Below, in pieces: positions 46,407 through 56,150 of a DNA stretch of 56,527 nt. Location of the stretch: positions 1 through 56,527 of the forward strand of contig PLPK01000035.1 in the NCBI GenBank assembly GCA_003159795.1. The letters run 5' to 3'. The notes beneath the pieces are model-generated. The model did not search any database. It saw nothing but the letters and a program-made list of their open reading frames with translations, and had not been told where the DNA came from. How positions within the stretch are numbered: the stretch's first letter is position 1; each line of letters starts with the position of its first letter. A program made the translations under genes and the position numbers. This DNA comes from Acidimicrobiaceae bacterium (GTDB lineage: Bacteria; Actinomycetota; Acidimicrobiia; Acidimicrobiales; Bog-793).

Positions 46407-48943
46407 AGATTACCGAGATCCACGTCGACGGCTACGGCACGCTCGCCGGACTCGACCTCGACGGGCTCTCCCCGACCCTCTCGGTCGTCTACGGACCAAA
46501 CGAGGCTGGGAAATCTACCCTCCTCGACTTCGTCCGGGCGGTCCTCTTCGGCATCCCGGACCGGCGGAGCCGCCAGAACCGGCGCGAGCCGCTGCGGGGC
46601 GGGCGCCACGGTGGCACGCTCGCACTCCTCGACGCCGAAGGACGGCCCTGGACCCTGGAGCGCCACTCGGACGCCCGCGAGCCCCTGCTCACGGGACCCG
46701 ACGGGCGCCTCGGTGGTGAGACGGAACTGCAGGCCCTGCTGGGTGGCGCCAACGCGGGGCTCTTCCGCTCGATCTTCGCCTTCGGGCTCGACGAGCTGAC
46801 TTCGTTCGAGACGCTCGACGACGACGACGTGCGCGACCTCGTCTTCACGGCCGGGGTGCTGGGGGCGGGACGCTCGGCGACCCGCGCCATGCACGAGCTC
46901 GAGGGCCGGCGGGCCGGGATCGTCCGCCAGCGCAGCGGCGACGGCCGCGCCAACCAGCTGAAGCGGCGGCTCGACGACGTCGACGCCAGCCTGCGCGCGA
47001 CCCGCGGGGCCGCTGAGGGCTACGCCTCGGCGCAGGCCGAGCACCGCCGGCTCTGCACCGCCACCGTGTCCGCCCGCGAGGAGCTCGATCTGGTGCGCCA
47101 CCGGGATGACGAGCTCGACCGCCTGCGGGCCTGCTGGCCGTACTGGAACCGGATCCACGAATCCGAGGCGAGGCTCGCCGCCCTCGGCCCACCCGACGAG
47201 GCGGGGGCGCGACTCGCAGAACTCGCCCCTGAGATCCGCCGGCTCGACGCCGAACGCTCGGCCCACGCCCTCCGGCTCGGCGCCCTCCGGCAACAGCAGG
47301 CCGAACTCGCCGGGATCGAACGCTCGATCGACGGGCTCAACGAGCAGATGTCGCGTCTCGCCGAGTCGCGCCTTCCCGCGCCGCCCGCTGACGGCGAACC
47401 GGGCGGACCTGCACGCAGTGAGGCTGAGCTGCGGCGCGCTGATGGGGCGGTCCAGTTGCTGCGCGGGCTGATCGGCCGGCGCGACCAGGTGCTCACCGAG
47501 CAGGCGCAGCGGGAGGCGATGGAACGGATGGCACGGCGGTCCCCCGCGCCCGCACGGCCGAGGGTCGCCCTCGCGCTCGTCGCCGCGGCGGCGATCGCCA
47601 CAGTCGTCGTCGCCGTCGACGAGTTCGCGCGGCACCACACGAGCCTCGGCATCCTCGGTGTCGCCGCGGCACTCGCCATCGGTGCGGCCGCGGCCCTCAT
47701 CGTCACCGGCTCGCGCGCCCAGCCCTCGGCGGCGCGGGACGGGGCCGTGCCGGGTCCCGCCCCGGTCGACCCGCAACACTTGACCGCCGAGATCGCCCGC
47801 ACCGCCGAATTGCTCGGCCTCGCCGCGGCACCGGCGCTCGTCGAGGTCGATGCCGTCGCCGTCCGGCTCGAGCAGGAATGGGATGAGCGGCGGCGGGCCA
47901 ACGCCCTCGACCGCTCGCTCGCCGGGCTGCAGGAGCGTCTCGGCGAGCTCGAGGCGGCACGGCGGAGGGTGTCGCGCGCGATTGAGACCGACACTGCCAC
48001 GGTCGACGCCTTCGAGGGAGCCGTGCGCCGCGCCGCCACGACCTGCGGTCTCGAGGCGGACGCCGGCGCCGCCGAGGTCTGTGGGCGGCTCGCCGCAGCG
48101 CTCGAGGCGGCCGAAGACGCCGCCGATACCCGCCGCGGGCTCCGCACCTCGATCGAGGAGGCGAACGCCGATCTCACCGAGGCCGCGGGGTTCGGGCCCG
48201 AGGCCGTCCGGCTGCGGAACGAACTGGCGGCCGCCGACCCGGTGTCGTGGGCCGCGCAGAGCGAGGAGGTCAAGGAGCTCGTCGCCACGGCCGAAGAGGC
48301 GTTCGAAGCCGCCCGTGACGCCGAGCGCGACAGCGCCCAGGCACTCGAGGCGCTCCGGTCCTCCGACGAGATCGCCCGGCTCGAGGTGGAGCGGGCGGAG
48401 CTTGCGACCCAGCTGGGAGACGCGCTCGGCGAGTGGGCGGTGCTCGGCCTCGCACACCGCATGCTCGAGGAAACCGTCGCCCGTTATGAGCGCGAAAAGC
48501 AGCCTGCCGTGATCGCCCGGGCGAGCGAACTGTTCACCGACGTGACGGCCGGCCGCTACGTGCGGCTCGTCGCGCGAGAAAACGACCGCGCCGCCCACCA
48601 CGGCATCACCGCGATCACGGCCCGCAACGAGCGGGTCGACTCCGGGTCGCTGAGCCGGGGCACGGCCGAGCAGCTCTACCTGTGCCTGCGGCTCGGGCTC
48701 GCCGCGACGCACGCCGAGCGCACCGTCTCATTGCCCTTTGTCCTCGATGACGTGCTCGTCAACTTCGACCCGGGGCGCGCCGCCGCCGTCGCCCGCGCGA
48801 TCGCGGCCCTGGCACGCTCGCACCAGGTGCTCGCTTTCACCTGCCACCCGCACGTCGTCGCGGTGTTCGAGGCGGCCGACCCGGGGTGCACGGTGATCGA
48901 CCTTCCGCTCGACGGTGCCACGGGGGCGGCGTCCGAGCCCTAA
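46403..48943 (+). CDS. YhaN (AAA_27) SMC/Rad50-like ATPase
   Basis: GPNEAGKST, coiled coil with central TM hairpin, LSRGTAEQLYL, LDDVLVNFD, FTCH. Confidence 0.92.
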   Translation: MKITEIHVDGYGTLAGLDLDGLSPTLSVVYGPNEAGKSTLLDFVRAVLFGIPDRRSRQNRREPLRGGRHGGTLALLDAEGRPWTLERHSDAREPLLTGPDGRLGGETELQALLGGANAGLFRSIFAFGLDELTSFETLDDDDVRDLVFTAGVLGAGRSATRAMHELEGRRAGIVRQRSGDGRANQLKRRLDDVDASLRATRGAAEGYASAQAEHRRLCTATVSAREELDLVRHRDDELDRLRACWPYWNRIHESEARLAALGPPDEAGARLAELAPEIRRLDAERSAHALRLGALRQQQAELAGIERSIDGLNEQMSRLAESRLPAPPADGEPGGPARSEAELRRADGAVQLLRGLIGRRDQVLTEQAQREAMERMARRSPAPARPRVALALVAAAAIATVVVAVDEFARHHTSLGILGVAAALAIGAAAALIVTGSRAQPSAARDGAVPGPAPVDPQHLTAEIARTAELLGLAAAPALVEVDAVAVRLEQEWDERRRANALDRSLAGLQERLGELEAARRRVSRAIETDTATVDAFEGAVRRAATTCGLEADAGAAEVCGRLAAALEAAEDAADTRRGLRTSIEEANADLTEAAGFGPEAVRLRNELAAADPVSWAAQSEEVKELVATAEEAFEAARDAERDSAQALEALRSSDEIARLEVERAELATQLGDALGEWAVLGLAHRMLEETVARYEREKQPAVIARASELFTDVTAGRYVRLVARENDRAAHHGITAITARNERVDSGSLSRGTAEQLYLCLRLGLAATHAERTVSLPFVLDDVLVNFDPGRAAAVARAIAALARSHQVLAFTCHPHVVAVFEAADPGCTVIDLPLDGATGAASEP

Positions 48944-48966
48944 CGCGCGGTGTGGCCCGCGCCGCC

Positions 48967-49578
48967 TCAGTTCCCGGCGGTTTGGCCGCGCGCGAAGCTC
49001 GTCATCTCGTCCCACCCCGTCACGACGGCGACGAAGATGACGAAGGTGAGGATGTGGACCCCGGTGCACCACAGGCAGATCTTGCCGATCTCGTAGAGCT
49101 CGGTGTAGACGAGGTAGCAGACGAAGCCGATCCCACCGACGGCGAGTGCCAGACGCGCCGGGGCGACGAGGGGGTTCGGCGAGCGCCACAGGGCGGGTAG
49201 CGCCGAGACGAGCACCACCACGAAATAGACGAGTCCCAGCACCGCGACGGGGATGCCGAGCAGGTAGGACTCCGGGCTCGCCAGTACGGTGCCGCAGTTG
49301 ACCGCCCCCGTACTGGGGCACGTGAGCGGCACGACCGACGTGTAGTGGACGAGCGTGAGGTAGGTCGCGATACCGATGCCGGCGATCGACGAGCCCAGGA
49401 CGACGGCCAGGCGCGCGCTCGCCGGCGCAGAACTCGGGTCGGGCCCGCCCGGCGCGACGAGCGGCCGGTGAAGGTACCGGCTTGCCGGCAGCGAGAAACG
49501 CCTCCGCCGTGGCGCCGGAGGCGGTGGCGCGGGGGCTGCCACGCGGCGGCCGCGCGCCGCGGTCGGGGGTTTCGGCAC
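48967..49578 (-). CDS. Vitamin K epoxide reductase (VKOR) family protein
   Basis: CPSTGAVNC, VLASPES, GIPVA, CLWC. Confidence 0.93.
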   Translation of the reverse strand: MPKPPTAARGRRVAAPAPPPPAPRRRRFSLPASRYLHRPLVAPGGPDPSSAPASARLAVVLGSSIAGIGIATYLTLVHYTSVVPLTCPSTGAVNCGTVLASPESYLLGIPVAVLGLVYFVVVLVSALPALWRSPNPLVAPARLALAVGGIGFVCYLVYTELYEIGKICLWCTGVHILTFVIFVAVVTGWDEMTSFARGQTAGN

Positions 49579-49580
49579 GG

Positions 49581-50579
49581 CTACGAGACCTGCTTGGTCG
49601 CCGCGATCACCTTCTCGGCCGCCTTCACTCCCGGCGAATCGCAGACGCTCGCCGGCTTGCCCCCGTTAGAACGGCAGATCGCCGCCGTAATGAAGTTCGT
49701 CTCCATATCGAAAGTCGCCGCTTTGATGGACTGGCCGTAGGTCGAGGTCGGGTCGGCGATCGCCCGGGCGATGCTCAGCATGTCACCCGTGCCGGCACCG
49801 GCGAGCGCGGAGATCGGCGGCGAGTCAAGGGACGGGACAAGGAACGGCGGGTCGCCGGACGCGACGTGCTGGTTGGCGATGTCGAGGAACGGGAAACCCG
49901 AGTTGTTGGCGTACTTGGTGTAGATCTTGCCCACGTCCTTCGGCAGCACCTCGAGCGTCTTCCCGTTGCGGTCCTCCACGTCGTAGGCCGAGAGGGCGAC
50001 GTACTTGCTTGTATATTTCGTGCCGAAAAAGGCGAAGGTCGGCACCGGCGCGACGTCGGTCGACGACGAGCTCTCCTTCAGTCCTGTGAAGGTGCCGAAC
50101 CGCAAGAGCGCGGCGACGAGCGACCAGCGCAGGATGGCGCAGTACGGGCAGAACTCGCCGCCGATGTAGACCACCCGGGGCAGGCCGTTCTCGGTGAGGC
50201 TCGGCTGGTCCTTCGCCTCGACGAAGGGATCCGTGTTCGAACCGGTCCCCACCGAGTTGTACACCGCCACCGGCACGTTCTCGAGCGCCGCTACGACCGC
50301 GGCGGGGACCGGCGCCGGGTTGCGACCCGAGGCGATGCCACCCGAGGGGCTGCTCGACCCCGTGAGCTTCACGACGACGAGGACGGCGACGATGACGACG
50401 ACGACACCGACCACCACCCAGCTCGTCCGGGAGGAACCTTGCCGGTGCGTCCGCTGATAGCGGCGGTCGGCGCTCGCCGAGCGGGGGGTGGGCGCCTCCT
50501 GGCTGCCCAGGCGGCGCGGACCGGGCCCGGACCGCGGCGAGGCGGCGGGACGACGCGAACGTCGCTTACGTGAGGCCAT
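49581..50579 (-). CDS. DUF929 family membrane-anchored thioredoxin-like protein
   Basis: N-terminal TM; EFCPYCAILRWSLVAALLRFGTF; FPF; C-terminal second Cys pair. Confidence 0.85.
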   Translation of the reverse strand: MASRKRRSRRPAASPRSGPGPRRLGSQEAPTPRSASADRRYQRTHRQGSSRTSWVVVGVVVVIVAVLVVVKLTGSSSPSGGIASGRNPAPVPAAVVAALENVPVAVYNSVGTGSNTDPFVEAKDQPSLTENGLPRVVYIGGEFCPYCAILRWSLVAALLRFGTFTGLKESSSSTDVAPVPTFAFFGTKYTSKYVALSAYDVEDRNGKTLEVLPKDVGKIYTKYANNSGFPFLDIANQHVASGDPPFLVPSLDSPPISALAGAGTGDMLSIARAIADPTSTYGQSIKAATFDMETNFITAAICRSNGGKPASVCDSPGVKAAEKVIAATKQVS

Positions 50580-50683
50580 CGTGATTCCTGCTCCCCTGTC
50601 GAGACCGTCGGCATACTACTGGCCAAAGCTGGCTACGACCTGTTGGCTGCCTGGCTTGCGGCTGAAAGGACGGCGCTGACGGT

Positions 50684-51949
50684 TCAGGCGTCGGTGCCGT
50701 CCGTGCCGCTGTCCGGTTCCAGATCGCCGAGCGTCTGGCGGATCTTCGCGACGACTTCATCGGAGCGGTTCGCGTCGACGCCCTGCTCGCCAAAGAGCAC
50801 CTCCCGGTCGGCCGCCGCCTCGGCCTCGGCGCCTACGTCGGCGGCCGCGAGACGGGCCTCGATGCCCTCGGCGACGATCCGCTCGGCCTCGGTGACGAGG
50901 GCCTCGACCATCTCCTCCTCCGGAACGACACGGACGATCTTGCCCTTGATGAACAGGTGGCCCTTGTGACGACCGGCGGCGATGCCGATGTCGGCGCCCC
51001 GTGCCTCGCCCGGGCCGTTCACGACGCAACCCATCACGGCGACTTGCAGGGGGATCTTGCGCGCCTCGAGCGCCTCCTGGGCGCGCCGCGCCACGTCGAT
51101 GACGTCGATCTCCGTGCGCCCGCACGACGGGCAGGCGATGAGGTCGAGCCCCTTGCGCTCGCGCAGCCCTAGCACCTCGAGCAGCTTGCGGCCGGCCCGG
51201 GCCTCCTCGACGGGGTCGGCGGTCAGTGAGAAGCGGATCGTGTCGCCGATCCCCTCACACAGCAACGTCGCGATGCCCGCCGTCGTCTTGATGAGGCCGC
51301 CGGGCAGCGGCCCCGCCTCGGTCACGCCGAGGTGGAGCGGGTGGTCGAAAGTTGCCGACGCGAGGCGGTACGCCGCCACCACGAGGGGCACGTTCGAGGC
51401 CTTCACCGAGATCTTCACGTCCTCGAAGCCCACTTCGGCGAAGTAGGCGAGCTCGATTCTGGCGGACTCGACGAGCGCCTCGGGGGTCGCGCCGCCGTAC
51501 TTCTTGTACAGATCGGGGTGGAGCGAGCCAGCGTTCACGCCGACGCGGATCGGCACGCCGCGGTCGCGGGCCTCGGCGGCGACGAGCCGGATCTCCTCGG
51601 GCTTGCGCAGGTTGCCCGGGTTGAGCCGCAGCCCGTGGACCCCGGCCTCAAGGGCGGCGAGCGCCATCTCGACGTGGAAGTGGATGTCGGCAATGATCGG
51701 CACCGGCGAGCGCGGCACGATCTGGGCCAGCCCCTCGGCGGCCTCGGCGTCGTTGCAGGTGCACCGCACGATGTCGGCACCGGCCCCGGCGAGCTCGTAG
51801 ATCTGCTGCAGCGTGCCGGCGACGTCGCCCGTCTTCGTCGTCGTCATCGACTGCACCGAAATCGGCGCGCCGTCGCCGATCGGCACCGAACCCACCTTGA
51901 TGCGGCGGGTCGGCCTCCTCGGGGCCATGTTCAGCTCCGCAATCTCCAC
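50684..51949 (-). CDS. ispG: (E)-4-hydroxy-3-methylbut-2-enyl diphosphate synthase
   Basis: ISVQSMTTT, ADIHF, RLNPGN, LHLGVTEAG, CPSCGR, MGCVVNGPGEA. Confidence 0.97.
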   Translation of the reverse strand: MEIAELNMAPRRPTRRIKVGSVPIGDGAPISVQSMTTTKTGDVAGTLQQIYELAGAGADIVRCTCNDAEAAEGLAQIVPRSPVPIIADIHFHVEMALAALEAGVHGLRLNPGNLRKPEEIRLVAAEARDRGVPIRVGVNAGSLHPDLYKKYGGATPEALVESARIELAYFAEVGFEDVKISVKASNVPLVVAAYRLASATFDHPLHLGVTEAGPLPGGLIKTTAGIATLLCEGIGDTIRFSLTADPVEEARAGRKLLEVLGLRERKGLDLIACPSCGRTEIDVIDVARRAQEALEARKIPLQVAVMGCVVNGPGEARGADIGIAAGRHKGHLFIKGKIVRVVPEEEMVEALVTEAERIVAEGIEARLAAADVGAEAEAAADREVLFGEQGVDANRSDEVVAKIRQTLGDLEPDSGTDGTDA

Positions 51950-52033
51950 GTTCGAGCCTCTCCACTTCCCGGCCGGGGACCCGCGGCCGTGTGCCCAGCC
52001 TACGGCCCCAACCTCACCGGGCCGCCCGGGACC

Positions 52034-53365
52034 TCAGCCGCCGGGCAGGTGGGGCGGTTGCAGGATGTTGACATAGAGCGCGCCCAACCCGACCAGCAAG
52101 ATGAAAGCGAGGAAGGCGTAGGCGATCGGCATCAGCTTGTTGACGTCGGCGTGGTAGGGGCGGCCGCGCCGGGAGCGGACCCGCTCGTAGATGGCGATCA
52201 CGACGTGCCCCCCGTCGAGGGGCAGCATCGGGAAGAGGTTCACGAGGCCGACGAAGATGTTGATCGCGACGAGGATGGCGAGCAGGCTCGCCACGTTGAC
52301 CTGCAGGGCCTGCACGGCGATCTCGACCGCCCCGGGCAGCGACAGGATCTCGCCCTGGCCGCCGGACCCGGAGGCGTGCCCGCCCTTGCCGCCGGACCCG
52401 GAGTGGTTGTTCGCCGTCACGACGTCGTGCGCGAAAGCCCGCAGCCCGTGGAGCGAGAAGACCTGGCCGATGCCCTCGGCCGTCCAGACGAACTCCCGCC
52501 CGAGCTGCGTGCCGGCCCGGCCCAGCGCGGCGAGCGGGGGCGCCGTCACGAGCACCTGCCCGCCGAGACGGACGCCGATCACGCCGACCGGTTTCTTCCC
52601 CTTCTTCTCGGGAGTCAACTTGCCGGACGGCCCCCGCACGTCGGCTTTACGGCCGTCGATCGGCCGCACGTGGAGGGTGACAAGACGGCCGTCGCGCCGG
52701 ACGACGAGGCTGAGCTCGGTGCCGGAGCTGTGCTGGATGAAGGTAACGAACTTCGCCAACGACTTGTAGTGGTGGCCGTCGACGGCGTCGAGGACGTCGC
52801 CGACCTTCACCCCGCCGGCTCTCGCGGGGTTCGCGTGGTTGACGAATGTGATGAGCCCCGTCACCTCGCTCGGCGTCACGGCGGTCGGGAGTCCGGTGAA
52901 GGCGACCATCCCCCAGAGCAGCCCGAAGGCGATGACGAAGTGCATCGTCGAGCCGGCGACCGCCACGGCGAGCCGGCGCGGGAAGGTCGCCTGGCGGTAG
53001 CTGCGTGCCTCGTCGGCGGGGTCGACCTCCTCAAGCATCGTCATGCCGACGACCTTCACGTAGCCGCCCGCGGGGATCGCCTTCACGCCGTACTCGGTCT
53101 CGCCCCGGCGGACCGACCAGAGGCGGGGCCCGAAGCCGAAGAAGTACTCGGTGACCTTCATCCCCGAGAGCTTCGCCGCCACGAAGTGGCCGAACTCGTG
53201 GAGCATCACCATCGCGACGATGGCCGCGACGACGATTAGCACGTCGAGGCCATGAAACACCGCGGCGAGCACGATCACCACCGCGGCGAACCCCGCGAGG
53301 CGCCACAGCGCGCTCGAGTTCGTCGATTCGACCTCCGTCGGTCCTGGCGGATGGATGGTGCTCAC
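52034..53365 (-). CDS. rseP: RIP/M50 zinc metalloprotease with PDZ domain
   Basis: HEFGH, FGFGP, GGYV, NLFPMLPLDGGH; GTGA overlap with the dxr stop. Confidence 0.95.
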   Translation of the reverse strand: MSTIHPPGPTEVESTNSSALWRLAGFAAVVIVLAAVFHGLDVLIVVAAIVAMVMLHEFGHFVAAKLSGMKVTEYFFGFGPRLWSVRRGETEYGVKAIPAGGYVKVVGMTMLEEVDPADEARSYRQATFPRRLAVAVAGSTMHFVIAFGLLWGMVAFTGLPTAVTPSEVTGLITFVNHANPARAGGVKVGDVLDAVDGHHYKSLAKFVTFIQHSSGTELSLVVRRDGRLVTLHVRPIDGRKADVRGPSGKLTPEKKGKKPVGVIGVRLGGQVLVTAPPLAALGRAGTQLGREFVWTAEGIGQVFSLHGLRAFAHDVVTANNHSGSGGKGGHASGSGGQGEILSLPGAVEIAVQALQVNVASLLAILVAINIFVGLVNLFPMLPLDGGHVVIAIYERVRSRRGRPYHADVNKLMPIAYAFLAFILLVGLGALYVNILQPPHLPGG

Positions 53366-54576
53366 GCGCTCCGATCCTGGCGCGCCAGCACCGCCACCGC
53401 GACGGCGCGCGCCGCGGCGTCGGCCGCGAGGACGTCCTCGACGTCGACGAGCTTGGTCGGCTCGTAGGCGGCGAGTGTCGCCGCGACGACTGCGGCGATC
53501 CCCGGCCAGCTCAACTGCCCGGCAAGGAAGGCCGCCACGGCGACCTCGTTCGCCGCGTTCAACCAGGCCGGCGCGCTCCCCCCGGTCCGCCCCGCCTCGA
53601 GAGCGAGGTCGAGGCAGGGGAACGTCGCGCGGTCGGGCGGGCCGAACTCGAGCTGTGAGATCCCCGCCCAATCAATCCTGCCGAATGGTTCGGCGAACCG
53701 CTCCGGGTAGGCGAGCGCGTAGCCGATCGGCAGCCGCATGTCAGGCTGGGACAGCTGGGCGATCGTCGCGCCGTCACAGAACTCGACCATCGAGTGCACG
53801 ACCGACTGCGGGTGGACGACAACCTCGATGCGGTCGTAGTCGACCCCGAACAGCTCGTGCGCCTCGATCACCTCGAGGCCCTTGTTCATGAGCGTCGAGG
53901 AGTCGACGGTGATCTTCGGGCCCATCTGCCAGGTGGGGTGGGCGAGGGCGTCGTCGACGGTGACCGCGGCGAGCTCGTCCGCGCCGCGCCCCCGGAACGG
54001 GCCGCCGCTCGCCGTGAGCACGAGGCGCACGACGTCGGCCGGCGCCTCCGGCGCGCCAAAGGTCCCGGGGCCCGGCACGAGCGCGGCCTGGCGCCGTTCG
54101 CCGAGGCACTGGTGGACGGCACAGTGCTCGGAGTCGACCGGGATGATCTCCGCACCCCTGCTCGCCCGGGCCACCTGGACAACCGGGGCCCCCGCCACGA
54201 GCGACTCCTTGTTGGCGAGCGCGAGTCGGCGTCCCGACCGCAGCGCCGTCACCGTGACCTCGAGCCCGGCGAAACCGACGACGGCGTTGAGCACGACGTC
54301 ACCCAGCTCGCCGAGCGAGGCGAGCCCGGCGGTACCGACGCGCACCTCGATGCCCGACGGGAGCACCGCGGCGAGCTCGGCGGCCGACGCCGCATCGCCG
54401 ATCGCGACGACCTCGGGGTGGAACCGGGCGGCCTGGCGGGCGAGGTCACCAACCGAGCGGTGCGCGCCGAGCGCGACGACGCGGTAAGCATCGCCGGCCG
54501 CCGCGACGACATCGAGCGCCTGGCGCCCGATCGAGCCGGTCGATCCGACGATGCTTACGCTGCGGGGCGGCATCAT
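53362..54576 (-). CDS. dxr: 1-deoxy-D-xylulose 5-phosphate reductoisomerase
   Basis: GSTGSIG, LANKESLV, PVDSEH, LTASGGPF, HPTWQMGPKITVDS, NAANE. Confidence 0.97.
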   Translation of the reverse strand: MMPPRSVSIVGSTGSIGRQALDVVAAAGDAYRVVALGAHRSVGDLARQAARFHPEVVAIGDAASAAELAAVLPSGIEVRVGTAGLASLGELGDVVLNAVVGFAGLEVTVTALRSGRRLALANKESLVAGAPVVQVARASRGAEIIPVDSEHCAVHQCLGERRQAALVPGPGTFGAPEAPADVVRLVLTASGGPFRGRGADELAAVTVDDALAHPTWQMGPKITVDSSTLMNKGLEVIEAHELFGVDYDRIEVVVHPQSVVHSMVEFCDGATIAQLSQPDMRLPIGYALAYPERFAEPFGRIDWAGISQLEFGPPDRATFPCLDLALEAGRTGGSAPAWLNAANEVAVAAFLAGQLSWPGIAAVVAATLAAYEPTKLVDVEDVLAADAAARAVAVAVLARQDRSA

Positions 54577-56096
54577 CCCAGATGGACGAGCCGCACCAGG
54601 AGATACGTCGCCGGCAGCACGAAGAGCATGGCGTCGATACGGTCGAACACGCCGCCGTGAGCCGGGAGCAGCCGGCCCATGTCCTTCAGCCCGAGGTCCC
54701 GTTTCACGACCGACTCGAACAGGTCGCCCCACGGCGCGAAGACGACGATCACGCCGCCGAGGGCGAGCGCGTCGGCGAGGTTGAACGGGTGCACGCGCGC
54801 GACGATCCCGGCGGCGACGCCAAGCGTGAGGACCGTGCCCCCGATAAGGCCCTCGATCGTCTTGCCGGGGCTGACACGGGGCACGAGGCGGTGCCGCCCG
54901 AGCGTCGAGCCGACCAGAAACGAGCCGACATCGTGGGCGACGGTCAGCGCCACTGCGGCGCCGAGGATGGCGACGCCGTGCCGGAGCGGGTAGGCGGTCG
55001 GGTTGAGGAGCAGCCCGGCGAACGAGCCGAGCACGCCGACCCACGCCACGATCAGCACGGTGACGGCGATGTCGTCGACCGGCGAGGAGTCCGAGGTGGC
55101 GACGATCCGCCAGCCACCGGCCAGCACGACGACACAGGCGAGGACGACCGGAACGGCCTCGGGGCCGCGCAGGTAGCTCGCCACGACGAGGACCGGCACC
55201 GCCGCGAGGCCGATGAGCGCCACGGGCTGGTAGCCGGAGAGGCGCACCGCGCCGAACGTCTCGCCGGCGGCGACGGCGAGGATGACCGAGGCGAGCACGA
55301 GGACCGGAACCGGCCCGTTGGCGAAACACAGCACGGCGACACCGGCGAGCACGATGCCCGTCGCCGTGGCGACCACGGCGTTGCGCCGTGGCGCGCCCCC
55401 GGGGACGGGGGGCGTCGCCCGCCGGCTCGGCCGATGGGCCCCGCGGGCGCGGCGACGCGTCCCGGGGGCTCCGACGACCTGCTTCCACGCCGCGTGGTCA
55501 GGCCGGTCGGGGCCCTGCTCGGGCGGCGCGGCCGCCGCGGCCGCGACCGCGGCGCGCCGGTGCATCCGGCGGCGTGTCGTCGGCGCGTCGAAGTCGAACT
55601 CGAACGGGTCGGCGTTGAGAGTCGGGTCCTCCCCGCGACCGGCGATGGTCGAGAACTCGTCGATCCCCTCGCTCTCGCCTTCGGCGTCCTCTGAGAGGAA
55701 GGCGAGATCGGACTCGTCCTCTTTCCAGTCCGACGCTGTCTGGCGCCAGGTCGGCCCGCGGGCACCCCGCTCGAGCGGGCCGGAGGCCTCGGTGTCACCG
55801 AGGAGCACGCGCGGCACCTGGCCCGTCGGGGGGTCCGTCCAGTCCGGCAGCTCGAAATGCGCCCCTTCAGGACCCTCGAGCGGGTCGGGCGGGCGCTGGG
55901 ATGGGTCGTCGGCGGGCGGGCGGCGAGTCTCGGGGACGAGGCCGGCGGCCACGGCCGCCTCGACGGCGACGACACGGACCTCCTCCGTCGCAGACGCGGC
56001 GGGGCGGGCCGGGGGGGCGTCGCCCGCCGGGGCGTCGTCCGAGGCGGGCTCGGCTTGTCGATCGGAGTCGCGGGTCGCCTTGTCGTCGTCTTCCAC
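54573..56096 (-). CDS. cdsA: Phosphatidate cytidylyltransferase with long N-terminal extension
   Basis: SPGKTIEG, GDLFESVVKRDLGLKDMG, HGGVFDRID; located between frr and dxr. Confidence 0.95.
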   Translation of the reverse strand: MEDDDKATRDSDRQAEPASDDAPAGDAPPARPAASATEEVRVVAVEAAVAAGLVPETRRPPADDPSQRPPDPLEGPEGAHFELPDWTDPPTGQVPRVLLGDTEASGPLERGARGPTWRQTASDWKEDESDLAFLSEDAEGESEGIDEFSTIAGRGEDPTLNADPFEFDFDAPTTRRRMHRRAAVAAAAAAPPEQGPDRPDHAAWKQVVGAPGTRRRARGAHRPSRRATPPVPGGAPRRNAVVATATGIVLAGVAVLCFANGPVPVLVLASVILAVAAGETFGAVRLSGYQPVALIGLAAVPVLVVASYLRGPEAVPVVLACVVVLAGGWRIVATSDSSPVDDIAVTVLIVAWVGVLGSFAGLLLNPTAYPLRHGVAILGAAVALTVAHDVGSFLVGSTLGRHRLVPRVSPGKTIEGLIGGTVLTLGVAAGIVARVHPFNLADALALGGVIVVFAPWGDLFESVVKRDLGLKDMGRLLPAHGGVFDRIDAMLFVLPATYLLVRLVHLG

Positions 56097-56150
56097 TGTG
56101 CGTTCCCTCCGCGGGTCTCCCCGTTCGACTTCTCGGACGGATCCCCGGCC

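Noticed and set aside
45773-48712. 979-aa antisense ORF, and similar long shadow ORFs (8901..10682, 14178..15905, 51332..53239)
   Set aside because: They lie opposite well-supported genes and are explained by stop-codon scarcity at high GC.
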